Below are positions 1-13,112 of a DNA stretch of 64,000 nt, one piece after another. The position numbers were made by a program, and so were the translations under genes. The stretch spans positions 23,004,001 through 23,068,000 of the forward strand of contig CM052832.1 of assembly GCA_028534125.1 (NCBI GenBank), given 5' to 3'. Source of the DNA: Lama glama. Taxonomy: Eukaryota. A model generated the notes under the pieces. It worked only from the letters and a program-made list of their open reading frames with translations. It did no database searches and was not told the DNA's origin. The first letter of the stretch is position 1; every line of letters begins with the position of its first letter.

Positions 1-842
1 CTGCTTCAGACAAGAATCATCAATGGATGTTCAAACCAGTGGGTGAAAATTTAATGAGGAACAGAATATTTACACAGGTTCAAAGTATCTCCCCACAAAA
101 TACTTTTAATTATAAAGAAAAATAGTAACTTTACAGTGGGTAAATGTGTTAGACATTATTTTAACCAAGTGATCAAAATTACCATCACCGGTAACAGTTC
201 AAACTGGTATCATGTGCATCCTGATACAGTGTGCTGAAAATATAGTGTCACTTACATGAGAATCTTGCCAAAAAAAATCTAACTAGAATAATGAGGAAAC
301 ATTAGACAAACACAAGTCGAGAGATGCTGTACAAAATTATGTCAAGCTTATGCAAGGCAAAGAAAACCCAAGGAACTGTTCCAGAGTACAGTGGACAAGA
401 GTAAACACAACTCACGATTGAATCCTGGCGACAATTTTATTTTCTATGAAAGTCTTAAATTAGACAATAGCTTAAATTTGAATAATCCATGAATTAGAGA
501 CTAGTATTTTATAAATGTTAATTAACGTTACAATTTTCAGGATTGTACCATAGCTATATAAGAACTGTTTCTTTCTTAGCTAATACACACCAAGATATTT
601 GGTGGTAAATCATCATGTTTCAACTTACTCTCATATGGTTCAGAAAAATAGTATACATATTTGTTTTTATGTACGTCTATGCACACATAAGAATGGAGGA
701 GAAAGGAAGAGAGAAGATGACAAAGCAAATGTGATAAAATGTCAGTAACTGGGACGTCTGAGTGAGGGGTATAAGGGCGTGTTTCGCGCTATATCTGCAA
801 TTTTTCTGTAGGTTTGAAATTATATTAAAATTAAAAGTCACA
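1..842 (+). mobile_element. Old L1 3' UTR (L1MC4-like), truncated at window start
   Basis: Motifs AAGTATCTCCCCACAAAATAC, TTAACCAAGTGATCAAA and TTTCTGTAGGTTTGAAATTAT followed by an A-rich end resemble the L1MC 3' end consensus. Confidence 0.75.
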
Positions 843-2617
843 AAAATAAAATTACACAGTTGGGGTGGAGAGTATATTCTGTGTCAAGAATTCCCAAGGA
901 GGCCTGGAAAAACTAGCCTGATAAAGAGTCTCAGAGAAAAGACCCACTGCTAACTCAGCTACCTCGTGGGGCAGGTTTTTTATAAAGACCAAAACGGGGA
1001 AAATACTCCTTGAGTTGTACAGCGTGGCAGTGCCCTCTCCACCATACTCAGCAAATGCCTGGGGGAGGTGGCGCTTGGATTCATGTCCCTTTACCCATAA
1101 TAAATTTCATGTCTTTTCCCATTAAACCACACTCCTTGCTTGAAAGTGAGTTTCAAGTCCCTAGTCCTGTAGCATTAGAATGCATCTGAATGAAATGTTC
1201 GTGTATGAAATATTCAGATAAAATAGCAGCTTCTTGAATACCTCTTAAAGGGTGATTTGGGGACCAATAATTTATAACATCAGCCCATAAAGTAATTTTA
1301 TTCACATTATGTAAGCAATTCTCTCAGCCCTAATAACTCTGTGGGTATCTGATAAGTTGTGGGGTTACTTAGCAGATAGCCCTCAAAGAATTTATGCAGG
1401 AACTAAGACAGAGCCCTACTAAGACTGCATTCGAGTTAATTAGCAATTAGTAAAAAGGAAAGTATTTTCAGAAATGCTTCAGAGGAAAACAAATGAATCA
1501 GCCTGCAAACATGCTTTTGGCATAGAAACTTAATTTCTTATATTAAAGAGAAGCTGCTGCTTTTGAAAAGAAGGCAAAATTGGGCTTTTTTGAGTTAAAC
1601 ATATTCCTTGTTTCTAAAAATATTAATGGTATTTCCTACAAACCATCATGATTAAAAATTTCATAGTGCTTAGATGATAACTATTAAGGCTGAGTAGATT
1701 CCTGCTGCTTCTGAGGGTGGGATAGGAAAGCGATCAGAACACTTTCATCATTTTGAAATATTTTCTGTTTTATTAATTTTGGTGTTTGCCATAGAATTTC
1801 TCAAACTAAGCACACACCCACAATTATTTTCAGAAAAGGAAGCAGCTCTGAATGTTCCGGGCTTTGGGGAACGATTAGTAAGTTAGACAGCATGGGCAAC
1901 GCACTTACAGACACTCATTAAATGCTCTTTTCTCAAAGAGAAGGAGGTTTGAAACCTCATTCTCAACTGTGTGCAATGGTTCTTACTTGGAGCTCTGAGA
2001 AAAGGGCCATGTTAGGCCATTTTGTCTTGAATGCATTTATTTTGGGCCACTTTGCTCTTTTATTCTCTTTCACTATCATCTAACTCTATTCCTATAACTA
2101 TTACATTTTCTTGTTGTTTCTTCCTCTTTACCTATCACCTGGCTCTGTTCCTGTAACTGTTAATTTAGTTTTCATCCTTGAACAAAATCCCAAGTACAAC
2201 CATTTTATTCTATGTGGGCTTTTTTTTTTTCACATTTGTTATAACAAAAAGATTGATTTACACTCACACATCTTAAGGGGCAATTTTACTATTAGTGATA
2301 ACTGAATCATTCAAACATTAGTATTAATAGAATTATAAGCAGTCTTTATCATTCAAAACAGAAGCAGGTTCTTAAAAGGCACCTGCTCTTTCAAAACCAC
2401 TATTGTCTATTTAAAGGTTAAAACCATATTTTCTATCTCAATGAATTTGTTAAAGTTCATTCTTTCAGAAAATTGGCAACATTCACATCTCAAAGTTTAA
2501 AATTTGACTCCACCAAAGGCCTGTTAGTCTATTTCCAGGTTTGCTACACTATGTGAGTCATAGTCAAGGCATTTTCAAGGCATGGGCCTTGAAAGGGAGA
2601 GAGGACCTTCTCTGTGG

Positions 2618-2819
2618 CTGTGGTCCTAAATGGGGGTAAGGAGTGATTTTGCTCCCCAGGTAACATCTGGTCATGTCTGCAAACATTTTTGGTCATCACA
2701 ACTGGGGGAGACTTGCTACTGGCATCTAGTGGATAGAGGCCAGGGATGTGGCGAACATCCCCAAAAAACAAGAATTATCCTGCTGAAAATGTCAGCTGTG
2801 TTGAAATCGAGAAACTCTG
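2618..2819 (+). mobile_element. MER20 (hAT-Charlie MITE)
   Basis: GATTTTGCTCCCCAGG..CATTTTTGGTCATCACAACTGGGG..CTACTGGCATCTAGTGGATAGAGGCCAGGGATG..GAGAAACTCTG follows the MER20 consensus. Confidence 0.9.
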
Positions 2820-4110
2820 CTCTAAGAACCCTTATGTTGGAAGGATCTATAAAATTCTCTGGCAATACAGAGGCAAAATGGTGCAGGTTGAGAGAATATA
2901 TACTGAAAACAAAGTATGATTTGATGTTATAATTCTACCCATTGAGTCCCACTCAATTGTTAAAAAAAAATCTTGCAAAAGTTGGCTCAGGTAAAGCTGC
3001 AACCACAGGCCATAGGCACATGCTGATAAAAGAGCACACCATGTCTAAGCAAAGCCCAGGTAGCCACAGAGGATTACAGAATGCATTGAAGTATTACAAC
3101 ACTTTTCTATTTGGGGACCTACCCTGCTCTCTGAGATCAGTCTGGAAGGAACTCATTGGCCTTCTGAGAAAAATCTCAGGACCCCATCATTAGTAACATG
3201 GTTTTGGGGAAAAAAAGTCAATAATGGAAGCCTCATAGTTATATGGAAAGTACAGGAGAGGCTTTTCTTTCACAAATGCAGACATCTAGCCTTCACTTCT
3301 CATACCTAAAGCCATGAAAGAATAGTTCACATTTATTAGGATGCTGACTGGTAGACTATTGGCTGTTATTCCATGAAGCACTCCAGGTATTTTGCTGGCC
3401 GAGGCCCAGCTATTTAACAGACTGTAGCATTCAGTGCAGCAGTGTGACAAGCAAGCCTCGGCATGTTTTTGTTTGTATTCATGTTATTTGAATAAGATTC
3501 AACTACTGTCACTTTCATTAATTAATGTGAAACTCATTAGTCCTAGTGTTATTATTAGAAATGTTCCTTTCCAAGGCATTCAAACCATGTGCTGTCTCAC
3601 TGCAGTGACTCATTTCCAACTCATCATTGCAGATGACACGGGGATAAGGGAGCTTATCCCCTGATGAGCCTGATCTCTTTTCAAAATATTTCTTACAAAT
3701 TCATATCTCCTGGGATTCCTTATGTCCTTCTTCAGGAACCACAGAGATTCACAGAGAAGCCCAGAGGAAAGCACAGAAGTAGTTTATCTACAGAAAGAGT
3801 GATTGCATTATTGGTGGCAATATTTAATTAAGGATATGGGGACAAGGCTGTTCAAACTTTAAGGTATATTTTAAGAACCTTAATCTTATCTATGTAGTCC
3901 AATGACTTCACAGTTAAAATAAGATGCAAAATGCAATTCTTCCTTTTGACTGAAAGCAAAATGTGAAACAGGACACATTATGTACCAGTACCTCTAGATA
4001 ATAAACAACTTGTTTCTGAGTTTGGACAGTAAAAAATTGTTCAGCCTAAGTATCTTAGTCCCATCCATGGAAATAAATCAAAATTTTAAGCTCTTATTCA
4101 ATATAAAAAT

Positions 4111-4249
4111 TTCAGGTATGCAAGAGGATAAAAAGTTCTACAGATCTGCCATACCACACTGGGCCTATGATCAGCAATACTGCATCGCACACTTAAAATT
4201 TTGTTAAGAGGGTCGATCTCATGCTAAATGTTCTTACCACAATTAAAAA
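4111..4249 (+). mobile_element. L1 extreme 3' end (L1MB/late L1MA-like)
   Basis: AAGTTCTACAGATCTG..CACTTAAAATTTTGTTAAGAGGGTCGATCTCATGCTAAATGTTCTTACCACAATTAAAAA. Confidence 0.8.
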
Positions 4250-4399
4250 CAATGCTCCTTCCCTTAGCTCAGGCCTCCTTTAGGCTGAGAAATTGATGAT
4301 GAATTCAGGGCATGTTTAGTTTCTTCTCTCTCACCTAACCTTAGCCCTAGCTCTAACCCTTACTCCATCTCCTTCAATCAGTCGTGCTTCTGTCTCTCC

Positions 4400-4991
4400 A
4401 GGGGGCTGGATTATAAGAAACACAGAAGCTAAGGGGACAATTGTGCCCAGCTGAAAAAGAGGCAGTGGGTTCCCTAGATGTCCACAAAATTGTCCAAAAG
4501 ATAGGCTCATCTTTGGACAGCTGCCACATCTAGATGGCACCAAGGGCAGATCACAGTGGTACCAGGCAAAGAAGACTAAGACTCTGCCATTGTCTATTAC
4601 TTCCCTTATTATCCCCTCCAAAGCCAGGGTGTCAAAAAACCACAGCTAGGAAGTACTGAAGAAATGACCCTGACCGTTCCCTGCACTCTAGGATTTCATG
4701 CCTGGGTCAGGCACAAGGTGGGGGAAGGAAGAAGACTTACCTGGACAGGCATTTGAAGTCTTGATTAATATTCTGGACTGGAGTTGTGTGATTATTAGAT
4801 CAGACTGAGGTTTTAATCCCCAAACAAGGGACTGTTTGTTTATCATCTGAGGGATAAGACCTGTCTAAGGGTTCATCCAGGGGCAGAGAAAGGACTAACC
4901 CACAGAGAGTGCTTGAAGGCACTGAAGGGAAAATTACATTGTTTCATGCTTGTATTCTATAGCGTCCAGACTACTCAGTGAAACAGTTACT
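4400..4991 (+). mobile_element. Possible ancient Gypsy-type LTR (MamGypLTR-like)
   Basis: The 3' part (..CCAGGGGCAGAGAAAGGACTAACCCAC..GTCCAGACTACTCAGTGAAACAGTTAC) resembles MamGypLTR ends as I recall them; highly degraded. Confidence 0.4.
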
Positions 4992-7900
4992 CCTTTATTT
5001 CATTTTTAGTGGGGTGCCTGCCAACCCAGAATGCAAGAACACTCCCTTCCTCATTTGCGCTCAACCATCAATACCTCCCTGAACAACTTTTCACAGGAAA
5101 ACTCCTTTAGAAACCCACAATTATCTGTATTTATTCTGTCTTTATAATATGGGCATGTTTAGATCTGAGAAGTCCAATGGACTAAGACAGATAGACTACA
5201 TGTGAGTACAGAATTGTAAAGTTAAAGTTTTGTCTATAGATGTTTGTTCTGGTTTAACCAGACTTATTATAGACATTAGGCTAAGAAATCACCTACTCAA
5301 ACTTGATCATGTTACAGCAAGGAAATGAGCTCAGCTAAAGAAAAATACTTAGCAGAGCATACACAATGGATGCTTCCCACAAGGACCGAAGCCTCACGTT
5401 TCTTATTCTAAAAACTTGCTTCACCTTTCTTTAGTCTTCCATTTGCATCCATTAATTTTTTTTTTTTGCTTCTTACCAGGAGTGTTCAGCCTAGACTATG
5501 CTGAAAGAAAATTACATACAATAGAACGACAGAGTATAAAATTCATATACCCTGATGCAGAAACATATATATGATATATATGATATGATATTTTCAACAC
5601 ACAATAATGTAGATGTGTTTGCCAAGGGAAAACTCTCCATGCAAAACTCACAGAGCACTTGTGCTCAATATACCATCGTTAAAGTAGCAAAGAATGCATT
5701 AGGCTGCCTTTTTAGACACAGTGCATGATGTGCACGCAGGATCATTTTTGCAATGGGTACACTATAAATCTTGCCAAATTAGGTTTACTTAGTGCCAAGT
5801 AGGTAGGTATTGCCAATTTCCCTCTCACCCTGGAAAATTATAGGTTTTTTTTTTCCTGATGAAAGAAAGGACTCCTAAGCAGAATTGTGAGCACTTGCAT
5901 CCTGTTCTTGGCCTGCCTCTTGCCTTGAGAACAACTTTGGTTGGCTGCAATACCTGTGGGCACTTCAAGGACCATGGGATCTATGGACATTATAATATCC
6001 ATTCTACCTGCTGTTTTTGGAAAAATTAAAAATGCAATCTGCTTAGAGGAGAAATAATTTCTTTCAAATAATTGAACATCTGGGGATTTTAGTGGGGCAT
6101 TTGGTGCCTTTAACATCTTCAAACAGAATGCCTTCTCCCAGTTCATTATTGAAATAATATGCACAGTAATTTATAAAGTGATAACAGAGCAGCTATTATG
6201 CTTGGAGACAGAATCTTTGACTGGATAAATAAGTAGACCTGAGTTAAGGGCAGTGTCAGTCTTCCTATTTAATACTATAAGGCCACTGATATCTTGGACA
6301 TCTTTAAATTTTCATGTATTTGGACTGGGGCCATTTGGTTCAGGTAGCCTTGTTAAAAAGGGATTTGCAGGTCTTTGCAGTGTTACAGCCCTGCCAAGTT
6401 AGAATAACTCAAGACAAGGTCAATGTCTAGGACTCTCTTGTATTAAATCAGCAAGTGAGCTTATATGCATTGCAGATTCCTTGCCCATGAGATCTCTTGT
6501 CTAAAGCAATCTGCTGAAAGGTGATAGGGTTGAAGCATGGGCTAGACAACATGCATATGGCAGAGAGTTTGTAATTTTCTAAGTGGCATCAACAGTGTCC
6601 CCTTGGGTCGAGATAGGAACAGTATTGGTAAATCAATAGTTTAATCCATCTGAGACAAGACTATTTATCAAAACTCTTTCTTATTAAACAAAATTCTGCT
6701 AAACAAAATCCTGTGCTGACTTAGTTGGCAGGAGCCATCTTGCATCATATGGCACATCCTACCCACACTAAAACAGTAATCAACTGCTACAGTCTACTTG
6801 TGTTTCTGCTCCGACAGAAGGTTTGCTAAACAGACCAAGTGTTTCCCTTATGTTTAGGCACATGGCTATTAAGTAAATTTTGACAAATTGAATTATAATT
6901 ATGGAAGATTTGGAAAGTAGTGACATTACTCAAATATTAAGTCATAACTGAAATCATTAAATCACATGCAACGTTCAAAAAAAATTTGCTGAAATCTACA
7001 ATGGCTAATTTGTAACTTTAAAAGAAAAATGTCTTTATATAGTGGTCATTTTTAAATAGCCTTTATAGTGAAACCTACCTGGTTTTATTCAAAAATGAAA
7101 AACAAGGAGCAAAAACCATCTACAGGTTTTTCTTTTGGTTCTAAAACAGTCTATGAGCCTTTTACAAAAAGTGAAAAATAAAAACATTAGTTTTAATATA
7201 CTGGAATCCTTCCCTGAACTTGCATGTTTTCTAAAGGATGGAAGAGAACTTCAGTGAAATAACAGAGAAAATCCTCCCTGGTGACCTTATAAACAAAGAG
7301 CAAGTGTCAGCAGGAGACATCTCAGTGGGATGATTTCCTCACCACTCATGGCATCTTCCATTTTCTATGTCGATGTCTGGGAGCTACAATTGCTGCTGAG
7401 GGATGAGATTTTTGAACCTTCTCAAAGGTGTCACTCTGCAGGGAGCAGAACAACCAGTCACACCTATAATTCTACTTTTGGGAAAATGACTCTCTGTGCT
7501 TCCCATCTCATCCTTACAACTTCCACCCATTGAATATTTCTCAGCAGGTACACAGGACACAAGCTTTCTAGGACACTGGCAATGTAGGCATACATGTCTG
7601 TTCAAGGGACACTTTAACAAAAACTTTGCTCTTGCTACCTGGATGAGGATGTGGGTTTGCCAATGAGGCATTTGGTTCAAGGATCAGAAGAGCATTATAT
7701 CTGTAAATATTCCCTGATATGGAAGACAGATGATTACTGCAAGTTCTTCGACAATTGAGATACTGAAGGAAGCTATACGCCTAAATATAAAAGGGCAATA
7801 GCAAGAATTTATCTCCTCTCTCAATTCTGATGGGATTTTACCTGCTTAGAATGTGTTAGCAACTAAGATGGAAACAAAGGAAAACCCTTTGTCAAAGGGT

Positions 7901-8811
7901 AGGTACATCTGGACCTACACTGTGTAGCCTCCTCACTGATGGGGAGTTCTGTATCTTTGACTAAATATGCCAGGGAACCCTAGGATTTTATCCCAAGTAT
8001 GCATGTGTGTGGTGATGGCTGTCTTTTTAATCCACAAACCATTTACCTTGCTGCAGTTGGTTAAATGTAAGAACACTAGAAGGGAAAACAGGTCAAGAAA
8101 CCTCAGGTATCCTTGGAAGAGGACGTGAAAGACAGTAGAAATTCCATCTCGGTGACTATTGTGAGGCTGGCTGAATGGCGTCGCTTTCAGAATACGTTTT
8201 AGCAATAGCTGGAAATAGTTATGGCCTCCAAGAAGTACTGCCTAGGTCTACTGGTATGGGTGCTGTCAAAGGGCAGTACAGGGGCCTCGGTTTGATTTAG
8301 GGTGCCCTAGAGAGAGCTCTGGACACAACACTAGAGTTAAACCGAACTTCTCAGGCAAGCGTGATAGCTGTTATTACCGTCAAGTATGTATATCCTGGGG
8401 GTACCTGGACTCACAGCTCAGGAACCATGCAGATGAAAGGTCCATTAAAAAGAAATAATTTGAGAATTTCAGACTTTTGCCCTCTGAAAAGCATGTTTGA
8501 ACAGAGCTTTAGTATTAGAGGAAAAGTGTTGCTATTCATTCAAATTTCTGCTATTATTAGCATTAGATGTTCCAGGAGTTAATGCTTGTTCGTGCCTTAT
8601 TCTTCCTTCTGCTCCCTGAGCACAAACTGGAGCATTCCAGCAGTCACCGAGCATCAGTGGCTGAGTAACCCTAGCACACTGTCAATAACATCCTGGTTTC
8701 TAATAAGATTAAATGACCAATTTTCTCCATTTGCTAGTCCTGGATACTAAAGCAAGCAAAGGAATTAGCTGTCATCCTCCAGGTCAGTAATCAACTCATA
8801 ATTCTATATCT

Positions 8812-8940
8812 CTACATTCATGTAGTGCTTCACCATCTACAATGTGTGTTCATGAACATTTTCATATTGGTTCTTCACAAAAATTCTATGAGGTGGATGT
8901 TGGTATCTCCATGTTATAAATAAGAACACTGAAGCCTGGG
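8812..8940 (-). mobile_element. MIR fragment
   Basis: TTCTTCACAAAAATTCTATGAGGTGGATG..ATCTCCATGTTATAAATAAGAACACTGAAG is a degraded reverse MIR core. Confidence 0.6.
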
Positions 8941-9349
8941 CTCAGATCCAGGAAATTTGACAATAACTTTGGAGCTTTATCAAGTCTTCTACAACTTCCT
9001 CTTTTACGCCAGAAATCTTTAGTTTATATACTATGTTTAGTACACTATGGCTTATGGTCAGTGAAGACGTGATTCTGGAGTGAATTTTCTCTGGAGAAAC
9101 TATGATTGCCTGGGGCTTCCTAGACTCCCTCCACCCTTAGTCAGTATATACTCAGGTAATGTATTCATTTTTCCAGTATCCTAAGCAAAACATAACCATG
9201 AAGGTAAAAAAAAATCGCTGGGAAAAGAATTATCCATACAATGTGTGAGAGCTTCTCCAAGCTTTACATTGGTAGCAGTTGTGGAAAAGATGAGATTCTT
9301 TCCATGAGAAGATATGCTTCCAAAACACCTCCCCCTAGAATGTGTGCAC

Positions 9350-9660
9350 TAAACAATTCATTCATTGATCATTCACTGAACAGCTTTTTTTCTCCCCCGA
9401 GTGCTGTCCTAGGTGCCAAAGTATCATAGTGAATGTGACACAGTTCCTGTAATCAAAGATCGATAGTCCAATAATCAGGCAGCTGGAGCGGAGTGAGGGG
9501 AGAGCTTATACACTAGGAACAACCCAGGGACTACAAGTGCACAAAGAAGGGTCTTATGCAAGTCTTTGAGGGTCAAGGAAGCAATGTCCCCAAAGCCATG
9601 TCTGAGAAAGAAAGGACAAGTGGTAGTTAATGTGACAAAGGGATGGAGGAGTAGGAAACT
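9350..9660 (-). mobile_element. L2 3' fragment
   Basis: ATTCATTCATT tail followed by TGCTGTCCTAGGTGCC..AGTGAATGTGACACAGTTCCTG, typical of a reverse L2 3' end. Confidence 0.6.
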
Positions 9661-9729
9661 GAACTTTTCTCAGCTTGGATATACTCTGCGTATTTCTCTC
9701 TTAGCTAGACCATAGCTTTTACTAGCCTG

Positions 9730-9995
9730 ATTTTTTTTTTCATTTTATAAACTATAAGAGGCATGTTCAGAAAATTTGAGAGACTTATTCAAAGTCACAT
9801 AGCTAGTAAGTGAGAGATCTTGGAACTAATACCCAGTCTGTCTGACCGTTACAGTTTTACAGAAGAAAGAACACCGCACTGGATGAAGTCAGGCAACTGG
9901 AATTCTGTTCTGTCACCAAATCCCCCTGTAACCTTCAACAGGTCACTGAGCAGCTATGTGTTGCTTCCCTTATCTGTAAAATGAGAGGATGTAAA
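9730..9995. mobile_element. Two MIR fragments (minus ~9730-9846, plus ~9866-9995)
   Basis: AAAGTCACATAGCTAGTAAGTG..CCCAGTCTGTCTGAC and TTCCCTTATCTGTAAAATGAG are MIR core motifs in opposite orientations. Confidence 0.65.
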
Positions 9996-10832
9996 CTAGT
10001 TTCTGAGTTTTTAGTCTGATACATTTAACTCTCATCTTCTGCTCAGATCAATTCAAATTCAAGGAAATCAGGACAAATAAAGAGGAACTACTAACAAGTG
10101 TCTACAACAATAATAACAACAATTCCACTCCTGGACCGTTTATCTCCGAGACATATATAGAAGGGGGAATAAACCACAATCCTCTCTAAAGCATAGCATC
10201 ATTTCTGACATGATGAATGTGCTATTTTGGACTAACTACTCTTTCGGATTAACAAAGAACGTTGCAAAACGACTACAATTGGATAGTATTTCACCTCTGT
10301 AGTTATTGGGGTGGTGAATGGAGAATCAGACCTATAAAGGGATTTTTGTGGCTACATTTCAGAAAATTTGTTTACATTTTGCTATGTTTTAATTTCCTAG
10401 TTATTGTGTAAGCTGTGGGAAAGCCAAAACTCTAAGTATAATGAGTAAGATGCTCAAGCTTCCTTGGAAAAATCTCATGTACCCAGGGAAAGAGATCATT
10501 TAAACCTATAAAATGAAAAAAGGCAGAAAATTAACTATTCAAGAATGTTTAGGAACTGCTGCATTTTCAGAGTACTACTGGAGACATTTTTAAGGCTAAA
10601 ATCTTGTTATGAGATATTTTTTAGTGATTAAAAAGTAGTTGTAACAGAGTGTTACATTTATCTTTTCCATAACACTGTCTGCTTTAAAGAAGTTCATTTT
10701 GGTTACGTCTTAAGATGTAAAAAGTTTAAGCAATCTTTTTATTTCGATCGCAATTTATCCTGATGAAGGAGATGTCAGAACATTTTCCACAGGTATTATT
10801 ATTTTTAACCTCATAATATGTGACTTAGGTAG

Positions 10833-11205
10833 TGAATTCACTTTTAGGACTGCTATAACCAATTACCACAGATTGGGTGTCTTAAAACGAAAGAAATGTA
10901 TACTCTCCATTCTGGAGGCTAGAAATCCAAAATCAAGTTGTCAGCTGTATCGGGCTCCCTCTGAGACTCTGGTAGCTTCTGGTGCTTTTGTAGTTCACGT
11001 GACCTTCTCTCTGTGTGCCTCTGCATCCAAGTTTCCCCCTTCTTAGAAGAAAAACAGTCAGATGCAGTTAGGGTCCACCCTAATGACCTTATCTTAACTT
11101 GATTACATCTTCAAAGACCCTGTTTCCAAATAAGGTCATATTCACAGTTCCAGGAGATGAAGGCTTCAATGTAACTTTTTGCACGTTTTAATTCACCCCA
11201 CAATA
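10833..11205 (-). mobile_element. ERVL-MaLR solo LTR (MLT1B/C-like) with 5-bp TSD GGTAG
   Basis: AGGACTGCTATAACCAATTACCAC..CCCTAATGACCTTATCTTAACTTGATTACATC..TTTCCAAATAAGGTCATATTC; GGTAG at 10828-10832 and 11206-11210. Confidence 0.9.
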
Positions 11206-11210
11206 GGTAG

Positions 11211-11345
11211 CCTTGGGGTGGCTATTATTTTCATTTTTTAGATAAGGAAACTAAGATATGGAGCACACGAGTGGCTTTTCTAAGGTCAGTCATACAGAAT
11301 GTTACTAGTAGAACATACAGGACATCCTGTCTTCTAATACTTAAA
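11211..11345 (-). mobile_element. MIR fragment (interrupted by the MLT1 LTR)
   Basis: ATTATTTTCATTTTTTAGATAAGGAAACTAAG..AAGGTCA MIR core. Confidence 0.6.
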
Positions 11346-12327
11346 CCAGGCTTATGGTATCAAATAAGTATTAAGGTTTTCAGATCAGTTAATTAATTGC
11401 TTAGAATCAAAACTTACATCACTCCTTTATCTAGATAGCTGTCTTGCCTCAAGTCCAAATCGCTTGTGTGTCTTGAAGGATACTGGGGAACATGCTAGGT
11501 GATTACTTATAAGAATCAAATCCTTTATAATTGTACCTCATGGTATAACTTTGATAGGGAAAACATTTACTTTCTGAGATACCTTTTATAGTGTCTACTT
11601 TCAGCTAACTTAGGTGCAGAAATAATAAGCCATTCTTTAACTACCTCCATTCATAACCCCAAACATTCTTTGGCTGCTGTGAATGGTGCTGAAATAAATC
11701 TGAAATATTCTGTGGTAAATGGGACATGCTGGAACCTTTCTCTTAAGGGCTTATGCCAAGAAATACCTCATCTGGGGTCATGGGATAAAAGGAACAAAAC
11801 GAAAACAAGGATTTTTCAAGGAAACTGAGCCATCTTTCCTTTCTCAACTCTTTGTCTTATTAATCAACTGTACCCTCTAGCCAGACAACAGTCTCCCTGG
11901 GCAGCCTGCTCTTCTCCGGGGGTTCACTTACTTACTGCTGTGCTGGTCCAGCTATGCTAAGAGGCTGCAGGCCAGGATACAAGGTGTAAATTAGACCATC
12001 CCTTGGCCTCTCCTCTCTAATTCAAGTGATTGGTTTGTTTTTTTTTTAATAAAAACCTATTTGTGGAGAATTCCCTGAAACCTTTTGCATAGCCAACTAC
12101 CTATTGGTTGAATGAATGATTTCTGATTGAGTGAACTTCACTTGATGTTCTAACCTAGTGATACAGGCAGCAGAAAGCAGTGCAGGTGGCCACCAAGACA
12201 CAAGTGGGAAAGATGAATACGGCCACTGAAAAAACTCTACATGCCTTTGGATTTACTATGTTGTTCGCAAAACTGAATTTTCATGATCTCCTGCAAACTT
12301 TACTTAATTGTGATCAATAGCCTTTAT

Positions 12328-12440
12328 TTCATTTGCTTATTAATTCCTTCATCAACATTTACTGAGCATCTACTACATCTCAGGCACTATTCTGGCACTG
12401 GGGATGCAGTGGTGACTGAAAGAGACAAAGAGCTTCCTAT
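12328..12440 (-). mobile_element. L2 3' end
   Basis: TCAACATTTACTGAGCATCTACTACATCTCAGGCACTATTCTGGCACTGGGGATGCAGTGGTGA. Confidence 0.8.
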
Positions 12441-13009
12441 TATCATGGTGGACACTTTCTGTTTCAAAGAAACGTTATAATGGCCCAACTACAAGGAGGG
12501 TGAGAGAGAAAGGTGACTCCACTGGGAACTGGACAGCCTGGCTCTGTCACATCTCGGGGCCTTCTGCTCTCTGGAACTTAGGTAACTTGTTTACAAAAAG
12601 AGATAAAGGGATAAATAAACTTGAGGACTTCCTTCCATTCTTTCCCCCCTAGTAGCTACTCCCTCTGGGTTGCCAGACCCAACAAACTGTTGTGAATACC
12701 TGGAGCTCACATTAAGGCTTTCTCCAGAATTCAGAGATGTGTCTGGCCTTCAGGAGAGAGGCCAGGCAGCAGACCAGTATGTCTTGAACATAGTGACAAT
12801 ATTAGCTGAGACATTAGCATTGCTTAGTAATAACATCGGTCCACAAATATTTATTGCACAATCCTAAAATTCTATACTATATCATTGAATGGAGGTAGCT
12901 TTTTAAAGGACAGATTTCTTTAAACAAACAAAAAAAATGCCTTTTTCATCTGAAATTCGGTTATTTCTTTCTTTGTGAAATACAAATTCACTCTATTCTG
13001 CTACTCACA

Positions 13010-13112
13010 GAATTTCCGTAAGGGTAGGGACTGTCTCAGTCTTGTTTATCACTAGAGCGCCAAACTTAGGACAGCATCGGACACTCAGTAAATATTGGCA
13101 GAATGAATAAGT
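13010..13112 (+). mobile_element. L2 3' end
   Basis: AGGGTAGGGACTGTCTCAGTCTTGTTTATCACT..ACTCAGTAAATATTGGCAGAATGAAT. Confidence 0.75.

Noticed and set aside
4334..4363. Degenerate (CCCTAA)-like hexamers
   Set aside because: Only five imperfect units, too short to call an interstitial telomeric sequence.
8046..8208. Minus-strand open segment with splice-like ends (LLLKRILKATPF..)
   Set aside because: No recognisable homology and no supporting neighbouring exons.
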